Below are positions 26,885 to 37,910 of a stretch of DNA of 64,000 nucleotides, piece after piece. The position numbers and the translations under genes are program-made. How positions within the stretch are numbered: the stretch's first letter is position 1; each line of letters begins with the position of its first letter. Under the pieces are notes generated by a model that saw only the letters and a program-made list of their open reading frames with translations, did no database searches and was not told the DNA's origin. Origin of the DNA: Eledone cirrhosa (Eukaryota); contig OZ024743.1 in NCBI GenBank assembly GCA_964016885.1, forward strand, positions 229,214,001-229,278,000, given 5' to 3'.

Positions 26885-27139
26885 TTAGTCTACGATTTCT
26901 GCTATACCATTTACATGGTTTTGTCTTTGCGTGCTATTGTTCTCCACGCTCCACATATGACTTATTATCTTCGTTTTTTCGTTCATTGCCAGAGAACGTC
27001 TCTATGCACCACCTAAGAGAACATTAGTCTACGACCTCTTTTTACCATAAACGTGGTTTTGTCTTTGCGCGTAATTGTTTTTCACCGCTCCTATTAATGA
27101 CGTATTATTCGTTTTTTCCCGTTCTTTGCCAGCGAACGT
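26885..27139 (+). repeat. Diverged tandem duplication of a ~115-bp unit (26885-26999 and 27024-27139)
   Basis: Both units run TTAGTCTACGA..TACCAT..TGGTTTTGTCTTTGCG..ATGAC.TATTAT..CGTTC.TTGCCAG.GAACGT. Confidence 0.85.
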
Positions 27140-27213
27140 TACCACGAACCAAAGTATCGTCTTCCTGTCTTCCTCCGGTTGCAACGTTTTTTGAAATATC
27201 CAGTTCTGCGTTT

Positions 27214-27289
27214 ACAGATTGACTTTGTTAGTTTCAGAAGATCCCGTTAAGGGTGAAAGCAGCGATTCTTTGCTTAAACTTTAATCTGT
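27214..27289 (+). ncRNA. Type I hammerhead ribozyme with variant core (CAGAAGA) and bulged stem I
   Basis: ACAGATTGA/TTAATCTGT (9 bp), bulge CTTTGTT, AGTTT/AAACT (5 bp); core CAGAAGA 27235-27241; stem II CCC-GTTAA-GGG; GAAA 27255-27258; stem III AGCAG/TTGCT; triplet CUU. Confidence 0.72.
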
Positions 27290-27291
27290 TA

Positions 27292-27297
<6 letters not shown>

Positions 27298-27346
<49 letters not shown>
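27298..27346. repeat. (TA)n microsatellite separating two Penelope-like elements
   Basis: Direct inspection. Confidence 0.95.
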
Positions 27347-27350
<4 letters not shown>

Positions 27351-27468
27351 TTGTTAAACAATATTCTGTCAAAGAATGAGTGTTACAGCAGATTGGAAGC
27401 ACTCAACCAAAAAATAATTTTCAGGAGTTATTAATATTAAAATATAAGTATTAATAAAATAGATGATC

Positions 27469-27533
27469 AATTACATTTTATTATACATATTTCGGATGTA
27501 CGACAGTACGTCCTCATCAGACAAAATATAATT
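27469..27533 (-). ncRNA. Canonical minimal type I hammerhead ribozyme (inverted copy)
   Basis: Reverse complement reads AATTATATTTTGT-CTGATGA-GGACGTAC-TGTC-GTACATCC-GAAA-TATGTA-TA-ATAAAATGTAATT. Confidence 0.88.
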
Positions 27534-28419
27534 ATACATGACATACCCTGAGATGTTAAATGGTTAAGATTTAAACAAGGTAGTGATTAACCCGATAGAA
27601 ATTTTTTACTTATATCCTATTTATGAGAAAATGCGAAAACGTAATAAATTCATTAGAGAATGTGTGAGTAATAAAAAACGTTGCATACTGTAACTGTTTT
27701 ACCCACCCAGTTATACATATGTATATATTTATCCTTAACATCCTTCAATATATTATCTTATTTTATTTTTATCTTCGTCGTTATTATTTACCTCAAACAT
27801 ACTGGCTCATTAATATATACCTATATACATAATAGTTATTTAAATATTTATAACAATAAGTACTTCAAAAGCTTTACATACCTAATATGTTGGTATATTT
27901 GTTAAAGTTTGAATTTAGGTAAATAATCAACAGTATAATATTTCATTCTTTATGTGCCAGCTAAATCCTTTAAATGTTACTCTCAAAATTCAGAAGTTTA
28001 GAAATGATAACACACTTATCGAATTTATATAAATAATATATAAATAACTAGCAAATAATCCTGAAATCTGGAGTCTTCACCCTAATATTATAAATAAAAT
28101 ATTTTCAAATCTAACCGTTTAACTTTCGAAAAAAAAACCCCACACTTTATTTTTGCCTCTTTATAAATCGTTTTCCAGTGGCTATCACTGGCTGTTTTGA
28201 TTCATGAGACGTTTTCCTAGATATATCGTAGTATCATACACTTTAACATTTTAGAACAGTTACAGTATGCAACATTTTTTATTACTCACACATTCTCTAA
28301 TGAATTTATTACGTTTTCGCATTTTCTCATAAATAGGATATAAGTAAAATTTTCTATCGGGTTAATCACTACTTTGTTTAAATCTTAACCGTTTAACATC
28401 TCAGGGTATGTCATGTATC

Positions 28420-28482
28420 ATTATATTTTGTCTGATGAGGACGTACTGTCGTACATCCGAAATATGTATAATAAAATGTAAT
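28420..28482 (+). ncRNA. Canonical minimal type I hammerhead ribozyme
   Basis: Stem I ATTATATTTTGT/ATAAAATGTAAT (12 bp including 2 GU); CTGATGA 28432-28438; stem II GGACGTAC/GTACATCC (7/8 paired) with TGTC loop; GAAA 28459-28462; 2-bp stem III with ATGT loop; AUA triplet, predicted cut after 28470. Confidence 0.9.
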
Positions 28483-28542
28483 TGATCAAAAAAACATCTA
28501 TTTTATTAATACTTATATTTTAATATATATATATATATATAT

Positions 28543-28687
28543 ATGGGCTTCTGCAGTTTTTGTGCATCAAATTCCACTCACAAGGCTTTGGTCAACATGC
28601 TGTTCAATAGAAGACATTTGCTGCAGAGCACAACTGAACTGATGTGGTTGTGAAGCAAACTCCTTAACCACACAGCCACGCCTGCAT
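28543..28687 (-). mobile_element. 5' half of an older SINE whose 3' half lies at about 25770-25913 (split by elements 2 and 3)
   Basis: ATGGGCTTCTGCAGTTT..AACTCCTTAACCACACAGCC matches 18624-18770, while 25790-25895 resembles 18460-18575 of the uninterrupted copy. Confidence 0.6.
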
Positions 28688-29513
28688 CTTTGAGTATGAT
28701 CTGAGGCAAAATGTGTAGCATATATCAAACTTCCTTCTCCTTTTCATAAGTATTTGAAACCTCTTAATTTACTTTAACTCTCTGACAACAGAATTTATAG
28801 TTCCATTAAGATGAAGACCAAAGAGTACATGCTGCCAGCAGCTGTGGTATCGAAAGATTTTTAAAAAAACCTCCCAAAAGAGAAATTACAAATAGTCAAA
28901 ACCTTGTATAACTCAAACAGACTAAAAGGGATAAAAGCAAAAAGTTAAAAAAATAGAAAATAAATAAGTTAGGAGACTTTTACATAACCCAAAATATGAA
29001 AAGGAATAATGACTTGTGCTGCACACATAAAACACAAAGTATGCAGACAGAAGCAGACAAATATTTGAAATATATGTTACAAATACACACACACACACAT
29101 TGACCTGGCCATATACAACACACCCTCAGTAATTGATTAGTGGATAGCTCTGTCATCACCACCTAAGTGATATTAGATTACAACACTATACATTATTGGC
29201 ATCAGAATATCATTAGAAGAAGTCTAATCTGTGATGGAGGGAAAGGGATCAAGAGCAGAGAAAAGTGTCCCCAAAAGGATGATAAGGTTGTCAACATAAT
29301 TCAATAAGGCATGGTGCAAGAGCAGAGGAAACAGGTTCAATGCTAGCTGGCTGTGAAGATCTCACTTTACTCAACTGTCAGTTAGCTGTTAGTGATGTAG
29401 TGTCCAATGTCATAAAACAACAAATGACCTTAATGAAATTATCAAGAAATTAAGAAGCAAACAACCAATGTGATAATAATATTAATAACAAATATAGTAA
29501 TAATAATAATAAT

Positions 29514-29855
29514 TCGACATGAGAGTGCAAGAGAAGGAGAGGGAGAAAATTAACCGATACCAGGACTTAAAGTGGGAGGTAAAAAGGATTTGGAACTGCC
29601 ATGAAGTCAAAGTGGTCCCGATTGTCATAGGCACACTAGGTACTATCTCAAAGAGTTTCCAGGGATGGTTAAAGAAAATTGGCCCCGCCCCGCTTTTTGG
29701 AACACTTCAAAAGGCATGCTTGCTGGGATCAGCAAGAACCCTCCGATATGTCCTGAATATCTGAGGCTGCAGGTAGTGGCTTGATATTCATTTCAACAAA
29801 CTTTCCAGTTAACCAACATCAATGACCGAGACTCAAAGAACAATAATAATAATAA
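29514..29855 (+). mobile_element. 5'-truncated Dong/R4-clade LINE (restriction-like endonuclease C-terminus plus 3' UTR) in (TAA)n
   Basis: ORF 29519-29764: KEREKINRYQDLKWEVKRIW..VVPIVIGTLGTI..LQKACLLGSARTLRYVL. (TAA)n at 29498-29513 and (AAT)n at 29842-29855. Confidence 0.88.
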
Positions 29856-31348
29856 CATAGCTCTTGCCAAAATTGACAAAAATAAATATTCCAAAAAATA
29901 ACCATCCTATCACTTGCCTTCCCACACCACACAAAATTCTCATCTCAAACTTGACTGAGATAACCTACAAATTCGTCTTTTCCCTATTGAGCAGAAAGGT
30001 TGTTGCTATGAGTCTTAGAGTTGCAAAGACTACCTTCTCGTTAACCACATGATTCTGGAAAACTGTCATAACAAGCACAGTAGTTTGTGTAATACTTGGA
30101 TTGACTATAAAAAAGCATTTACCAGTGTTTGCCGCTCATGGATTTTGCAAACTTTGGATGTTCTGAAAATTTCCACAGTAATATAAAATTCCTGAAATAC
30201 AACATGTCTATATGGAATACAAACCTATCAGTCACACAGTGATGGAACTATAAATTCCAGCAGCACAAGCATTAACTGTGGTATTTTTCAAGGTGATTCG
30301 TTTTTTCCTCTGATATTTTGCATTGCACTCGTTACCCCTGTCTCTTATGCCCTAACAAAACAAAATATTGCCACAAAATAGACAACAAAATCATAAATCA
30401 TCTGTTTTATGTGGATGACTTGAAACTGTATGCCAAAAATGACAGTAAAATGAAAGGACTGCTGTAGACAGTCAAGGTGCTCAACGATGATGTAGGGATG
30501 GAGTTTGGATTGGAAACATGTACCATAGCAACATTCAAGTAAGGCAGAATGAGAAGCACAAACTCAGTGGAAATAGATGTGAATACATTAATTAAGGAAC
30601 TAGAATAGGAACAAACCTACAGATATCTAGTAATCAATGAAGCTCAAGGTTTTCACCACACCAAAATGAAAGAGAACATCAAGAAGGAATGCTACCGGAG
30701 AGTATGCGCTGTCTTGAAAACTGAGCTCAACACAAAGAACAACAAATTTGCCATAAATGTGCTTGCAATTCCCTAGACAAAATGGAGGCAACAAAATAAT
30801 CCAGCTTGAGCTGTCATGCAAAATATCAACCATTGGACTCGATCAATATCTTAAAACAACAGAATACTAGATGCTGCAAATGGTTGCAGATCACGAAAGA
30901 AAGATGATGTTTCATAAAGGAAAGTAAGACATTTGCGAAAGAATTGGGAACACAAAGAACATCAAAATGTTGACGAAACATGAAGTTCAACAGAAACTTT
31001 CACTAAATGGGGGGAAAAAACCAGTGTGTGGGCAATATATTCTCCATAGCAAAGAGATACAATAAGAATAATAATATGAAAAATATTTGGATACGTGGAA
31101 AGCCAATTTATGTAAGAAATACAGAAAATAGTGCTGACTGATACTGTCAATGTCGTGAGAAGGGCATTATCAATCTAAATACCTTGCAAAGATATTTAAT
31201 GTTGTCTATGCCATAATGGCATCATTTCTATGACAATTGTTTGTAAAATGTGTATATCATCAAATTTGGCCTCAGGTGTCTGGTTGACATTCAGCATGAT
31301 ATGAGAGAGAAGCAGAATTCAAAGGAAATTTCAAATAATAATAATAAT
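29856..31348 (+). pseudogene. Older, disrupted Dong/R4-clade LINE (RT domain and C-terminus)
   Basis: Motifs across frameshifts: PKNNHPITCLPT, EQKGC, WIDYKKAF, GIFQGDS, INHLFYVDDLKLYA, GMEFGLE, TYRYL, and terminal IQKIVLTDTVNVVRRALSI*. (AAT)n tail at about 31334-31348. Confidence 0.85.
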
Positions 31349-31502
31349 ATATTTAGAGGAAAACTGAAAATATGCTCTGAGAACAATAGAAAATGTAATA
31401 TGCAATTAAAATTCCAGTATTATCTTTTTCTTAACTTTTTTGATGCTCTATTTGTAATGAAGATAATCTAGTATTTGGAGAAATTTAGTAATATAACTTT
31501 CT

Positions 31503-32020
31503 CAGTATGTGTAAAAAATCCTTTATCCAAAATTCCCAAACCCAGAAGTTTTTCTAGTACTGATATGTCATTACACAAATGGAAAATTTCACAAGGGACT
31601 ACATTTATATAAGACTCCATTTAGTGTATATGTAATTCCTATTAAAACTACCTGAAGTGTGTATATAATTTATATAAACTGCCTTTAGACTATATGCAAT
31701 TTATATAAAACTACATTTAGCATATATGTAATTCATATAAAAACACCTTCAGAATATATGTAATTTACATAAGTCTACCTTTAGCATATATTTAATTCAT
31801 ATAAAACTACATCCAGTGGATATGTCATTTATATAAGACTACATCGGTGTAGACAAATAAGCTGTACTATGAAAAATGGATATTATTTTAAAACAGGGGT
31901 TTCATCCTCAAGCTGACCCATTTTCTAGATGTGGTACATAAACTATACAAATATATTTCATTCAAAATCTGAAAAAAATCCAAATCTAAAACATTTCTGG
32001 TACCAAGTATTCTTAACCTA
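31503..32020. mobile_element. Degenerate Tigger/pogo-like non-autonomous DNA transposon
   Basis: Ends ATCCTTTATCCAAAATTCCCAAACCCAGAA and AAAATCTGAAAAAAATCCAAATCTAAAACATTTCTGGTACCAAGTATT resemble Tigger4/Zombi subterminal repeats. Confidence 0.5.
31605..31845. repeat. ~32-bp minisatellite, about 7 diverged units
   Basis: Consensus approximately ATATAAAACTACCTTTAGCATATATGTAATTC. Confidence 0.85.
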
Positions 32021-33482
32021 TGTTAAGCTAATATTTGAGATATAAAGTTTCTTATCTAAAAATACATTCCATCATAATTTATATATAAAAATATAGACCT
32101 AAGAATAAAGAGACTTTTTTTTATCATAGTATAAGGGTCATTTTTGAGTGATTTGGTATCAAAAGAGTGGGTTTGAGTTGATTGAAATATAAAGAACTAT
32201 CATACTTGATGTAACCACCAATCACTATATAATATTCAAAAGACATTGTTATTCTGTCTGATTTTCAAAATGTACAACTTGCATACTTAATCCCACAAGA
32301 ATTTCAATAACTATTTTTTACCAAAAGCTTATTCCTCTGAAAAAAACAAAACGCCTTAGAAAAAAAGTAAATAAAAAGAAAGTGAGGGGAGAGAGGGGGG
32401 GGAGATAGAGAGAGAGAGAGGCTGATACACAGATAAAATGAAAACTGAGAAGCTGAGCAAGGCAGTACCAATCCCTCCTCTTCCAATACAAAGTTGCAAT
32501 GGATTATTAAACACATGTTGTAATTTACTTAGAGGAAAACAGACCAGAACAACAAAACTGACAATTGCGAATAGTGTGTGTGTGGGGGGATGGGGGGTTG
32601 TCTGTAATTATATAAAAATGTGAGGGTGTGTAGTTTAGTTTCTGGCTTGTGATCATTAAGTGCTGAGTTTGATTCCCAGACTGGGCAGTGTGTTTTTTCC
32701 TTCAACAAGAAAGTCAGTATAGTTCACTTTGCTTAAACAAATGACTTATGCCTGTAATTCAAAGGACTAGCCTTGTCACCCACTGTGTCATGTTCAATCT
32801 ACTCAAGAATTACATTAAGGGTACAATGTTACCATATTTACAATGAAAGGAACACCCTATAATTTTCAAATCATTTTGAAAATAGTCAGGAATTTGGAAG
32901 GATTTAATAATATAACTTTCTTTTTATTAAGCTGGTGCTTAGAACATAACTTGACAATGTAAAATTATGATGGAAGGTTTTATTTGTTAGCAGAAACACT
33001 TTAAACGGGACAGTTATGGATCATAGATTCATTGAAAATTTTAGGTGGGTTAGAATCAAAAAGTTAATATTTCAATAGCTATGTTTGTTGTTGATCATTG
33101 AAACTAAAGGAGGTCCAGTACACACATATAATTATGGTGTATAAGCTATGAAGTTAGTGAGATTATTTACTATATGTAAAGGTACAAGATATATAGAAGT
33201 CAGTAGAATCACTTGACATTTCAAAAGAACTGTGGCAAGATGTTTCCCTAACTATATGATTCATGGTGAGTTAGGAATGTGAGAGAGAGAGAGAGTTGAT
33301 CTCTAAACATACATATATATGTGTGTGTGTGTGTGTGTGTTCCAGGGAGGGAAGGTCATTTTAGTGCATGTCTGAATGTGTGCATGAGCATTTGAGTGAA
33401 TGTACATACATATGTATGTCTATGTAACTGATTACTCTAAAGCCTTTTAGGTGGACATATATATATATATATATATCTACCA

Positions 33483-33700
33483 ATAATAATTGTTTCTAAT
33501 TTTAGCACCAGCCATTTTGTAGGAAGGGTAAGTCAATTATATTGACTCAATATGTAACTAGTACTTTTATTTTACACCAGAAGAATGAAAAACAAAGTTG
33601 ACCCCGATGGGATTTGAACTTAGAATGTATAAGACCGTAACTAAATGCTGCAACGCATTTCTCAGATGCTCTAATGATTCTGCCAATTCACCACCCTAAT
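33483..33700 (-). mobile_element. SINE, Meta/MESC-like core family (older copy)
   Basis: ATAATTGTTTCTA..AAAGTTGACCCCGATGGGATTTGAACTTAGAA..CTGCCAATTCACC; similar copy at 62465-62670. Confidence 0.7.
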
Positions 33701-36700
33701 AGCAACAACCACAATAATAATAAAACTATATAAGTTACATTACACAACTCTGGGAATAAATTAACCTAGCTCGTAATAAAAATACAGTATCAGTTTCTAT
33801 TTAATCCTTCAAAATATTTTAATAAAACTATAACAAAAATGACTGATATGGTATACTTATAAAATATATTCTCAATCTGTTGGCACCACTTCCTTTACTA
33901 ATTTATTACTCCAGAGAGGAAGAACTCTGTTTCAAATATCTAAGAATCAACTGGTTTATGTGAAATCAAATTGCATGTTGTACTTTGAAACTAAATCCCT
34001 CATTTATTACTCTGCATGTTGATGGACTTCCCCTAAAATATAGCTTAACTGCTTCAGAATACAAAAATATATGAGTACTTTTAACAACATTAACAGTATC
34101 TAGTTTTGACAAATTAAGAAAACATACATCCAATGAAATAAAGCATGACTTCTGTATTAATGACGGTGCATAGCTAGGGTATTCAGCTTATAATCGTAAT
34201 GTCATAAGTTCGATTCTTGGTGACATAGTATGTCTTTGAACAAGATACTACATTCCACCTATTATTTGTGAAGGCATGTGGTATAGAGGTTAGGGCGTTT
34301 GACTCATTATCATAAAGTTACGAATTTGATTCCCAGCAACACACTATGAATATTAGAAGCCACTCATGCATGCAAGTCTTTCCTCTGCACTCCACTGATG
34401 TTGTTAAAATGGAAGATAATCACTTTAAAGTTTAGCATCTATGTCATTACAACTCATAAGTACATTATATATAGATTATATATACAATATGTATGATGTT
34501 GTCCAAGGCAAAGGCTGCTATTCCTTGGGACCTGTACTCACTTTTTCCAGGTGAGTGGACTGGAGCAACATTAAATAAAATATCTTGCTCAAAAACATAA
34601 CACAACGCCCAGTACAGAAATTGAACTCCTGACCCCAAAAGTCATAATCCCTATGCCCTAACCACCTGCTTTCATATCCACATAGGGATCGTAGTCTATT
34701 ACAAATTACTCTATGACAACTGAATTATATTAACTCAATTTCATTTGCCTGTTTCCTTATAGTACGGTACCAGCTACAGGATTGTCTCTTCTTTTCAAAA
34801 TAATTTAGTCCAACACTTTAAAACCTGAATGGCAGAAGGAATAGTTGATTATATTGATACAATATTTGACTGGTGTCTACTTTATCAACCTTGATAGAAA
34901 GAAAGGTAAGGTTCATCTCAGTGGGATTTTAAACTCAGAACGTGAAAGGATGTCACTAAATAACTAAAGACATTACACTAAAATTTCACTGCCAGTTCTG
35001 CCAATCAATCACCCTGGTAACATTTCAGCTAATATACTATTTTTTGTTGTTCAAAATAAGTTTTATCATACATAATTTTCAAACTTCAGGATATATATCA
35101 TCATCATCTTTGTTTAACATCCATCTTCCACGCTAGCATGGGTTAGACTCATCAATCAGCAGATGTAATATGAGTGGGCTAATATATAGCCAGAATCAGT
35201 TCCCGTCCCACCCTTGCAAGCAGGGAAAAGCAGACGTAAAATGATGATGATGATATATATATGTATATATATTACATCTGCTGATTGACTTTTGAATCAC
35301 AGAACTTCCTGGGCAGCATTGAATATTTAATTTCATAGAATACCTGGTAGTGGTTTTACATTGGTTGTTAGTTAAATATAGGAGAGGTGTTCTTATATAC
35401 CTGCAGTTAAAGCTACAAGAAATCTAAAGAGAAACACTGGATCTTTTCATATAAGAGATTGACACAGATAACCTCTTGGTATTTATTAAGATCTGTATAG
35501 AAATGTCATCGGAAGTTGCTATTTATTTCTCATACCATGTAACAGGATCTCATTCATGAACAAGGAGTCAGTTTACTGAACAAGAGAGACAGGGAAAGGG
35601 AAAGTGAAAAAGAGGATGGTAGGGGAAGAAAAACAGAGAGTAAGATGGCAGGAGAGAGTGAGAGAGAGGGTGTCGAGAGAGAGGGTGATATGTATATATA
35701 TATAGGAGGGTGAGAGATATATGAGAATGAGAGAGAGAGCTACAGGAGATAATAGGAGAGAGAGAGAGAGAGAGATCAGAAAGAGAAATGAGGGGTAGAG
35801 GGAGAGAAACACTCACAGAAACATACAGAAATAAATGCATACCTGAGTGCATGTTGGACATGTATGAACATTTTTGCAAACAGGCTATGAACAATGTAAA
35901 CTTAAAGATCACAAATCATATTTTAAAGAAAACCTGAACAAAAGCTTCACGAACACAATCTTATGAAATAAAATCTAATACCATAAAATGTGGAAATTAT
36001 TTCAACAATTTACTGAAAAATTTTCCAAGAACTTCCAAGTTATTAAATGAAGTAATACAGTTGAACATGTAAACAAACTTAATATTAGCTAATACTTTTT
36101 AGACAGGAAGACTCCAGCATCATAGTAATATTCCATTGGGATTGCTATATGAAAGAAGTGTTTTTATGACATTATTAGCATGCAATTTACTGCTGATACT
36201 GGTAATACTGCTACTACTGTTACTATTATAATTACAATATTATCTTTTTCAAGTCGTTTTTTTATATTTACTTTTTGTTTTATTATTTTTTTTTTATATT
36301 TTTAATTAGTTATACTTTGAAAGAAGCATGAAACAAATTTTTCAGAGTTTTATAAATACTCAAGGAAAAAAGCTAAAGTTACAGGCTTAATAGTAGCTGC
36401 CATCTTTGAATGGTAGGCACCAGGCTGACTGGTAAATGTGAGGTAAAAATGACATTATTAGTTAAACAAAGAGGATGACACAGTCAGGCTTAAAATTTAA
36501 GGATTTAAAAAAATGTCTCTATATGAAAAGGAATTCAAAGATGATATATAAAGGAGATAAAGAGAAATTTCTATATGCGACCCTACAATTGTGTAAAGGG
36601 CAATACAACCTCCCAGTTGGTGCCATGATAAAATACACATTGTAAGTTCTGTAAAGTGCTGGAACATATGTCAGATGCAAGCCCCAAACATCTGAGTGGT

Positions 36701-37629
36701 CAGTAACTGACTTGGTTTGTGATGATCCACCCAATCTATGCCAGCATGGAAAAACAGTTGACCTCAGCATGATTTGAACTAAGAGTGCAGATTCAGAATA
36801 AATACCACAATGTATGATATCCAGCATTCTAACGACTGTCATCCTTATATTTAATGTATAGAATATTAAAAAGCTAACTAAAAATAATTGTGCAGTCATT
36901 TTCTCCCCCACTCAGAGGCTCATCATACCTGAGTTTATCATGGATTCATTGGCATTAAGCAACTGAGAGTACTAGATTCTCAAACTCAAAAAGAAAATGT
37001 CAAGAATTTCATAAACAAACATGAAACCTTGGAGAAGTATCTTGCTCAATTCCAGTACTATAAAAGATATAAACAACACCACTAAAAAAAAAAGAAAAGC
37101 AAAGCAGTATATACATACATACAATGGCTTCTGCTCAGCCATTGCAACTCTTTAAGTAGAAAAAAAATTTGAAATCTACTGATAAAATTTAGCCTGTAAG
37201 AAAGATGAAAAGAAACTGTCCAAGAAATTCTTCTGATATATGGAAAAACAACCATTAAACCAATAATTATATTAGCTGATATTTTTTAACTTCCAATTAC
37301 CATAAAACATTTTTGCAGATAAACAGACTGAAATCTAGTTAAATATTGGCAATAAATATTTTCATCTTGTTATCAAATAGCTATAGTGATATTGCAATTT
37401 AATTCTGACTACTATATTTTTCAGTTTATTTTTGTTGTTTTTTTTTCTCTCGTGATATTGGGGATAAGACCTTATCAATGAACTTGCAATTGGAAAAATT
37501 TGATCAAGTCAGATGTACTACACCAGTAATCATTTCTTCCTAGCCAAAGTTGCCAATTACAGCTTTGCCTACAGAGAACAAAATAGGTTCATGTGAAGTA
37601 TTTAAAAAAAATACATGCATGTCTATAAT

Positions 37630-37680
37630 CACACACATATATATGCATGCAAACACATACACACACAAATATATATACAC

Positions 37681-37713
<33 letters not shown>

Positions 37714-37841
37714 CATGCATATATATATACACACACACGCATATATGCACATGCATATATATATACACACACACACGCATATATGCACATGCATATATAT
37801 ACACACACACACACATGCATATATATATACACACACACACA

Positions 37842-37883
<42 letters not shown>

Positions 37884-37910
37884 CACATACACACGCATAT
37901 ATATATACAT
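37630..37910. repeat. Compound (TA)n/(CA)n/GCAT satellite
   Basis: Direct inspection; source of ORFs at 37540-38064. Confidence 0.9.

Larger units (their letters stand above)
25914..27297 (+). mobile_element. 5'-truncated Penelope-like element 2 (GIY-YIG endonuclease, long 3' UTR, terminal hammerhead)
   Basis: GIY-YIG coding frame, then ~1 kb of CpG-retaining UTR that ends in a hammerhead fold directly before (TA)n. Confidence 0.85.
27346..28526 (+). mobile_element. Non-autonomous Penelope-like/retrozyme-type element 3 with ~265-bp inverted terminal repeats
   Basis: 27434-27698 is the reverse complement of 28255-28526 (a few substitutions and one 7-nt indel). Extra tail 27346-27433 on the left; AT-rich non-coding middle; (TA)n on both sides. 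Confidence 0.85.

Noticed and set aside
26955-27140. SECIS element in the Penelope-like 3' UTR (ATGAC motifs)
   Set aside because: No AA apical motif about 11-13 nt after ATGA and no helix II closing on a 3' GA.
31605-31845. CRISPR-like periodicity (also 52220-52292)
   Set aside because: Head-to-tail tandem units without unique spacers, no cas genes, eukaryotic context.
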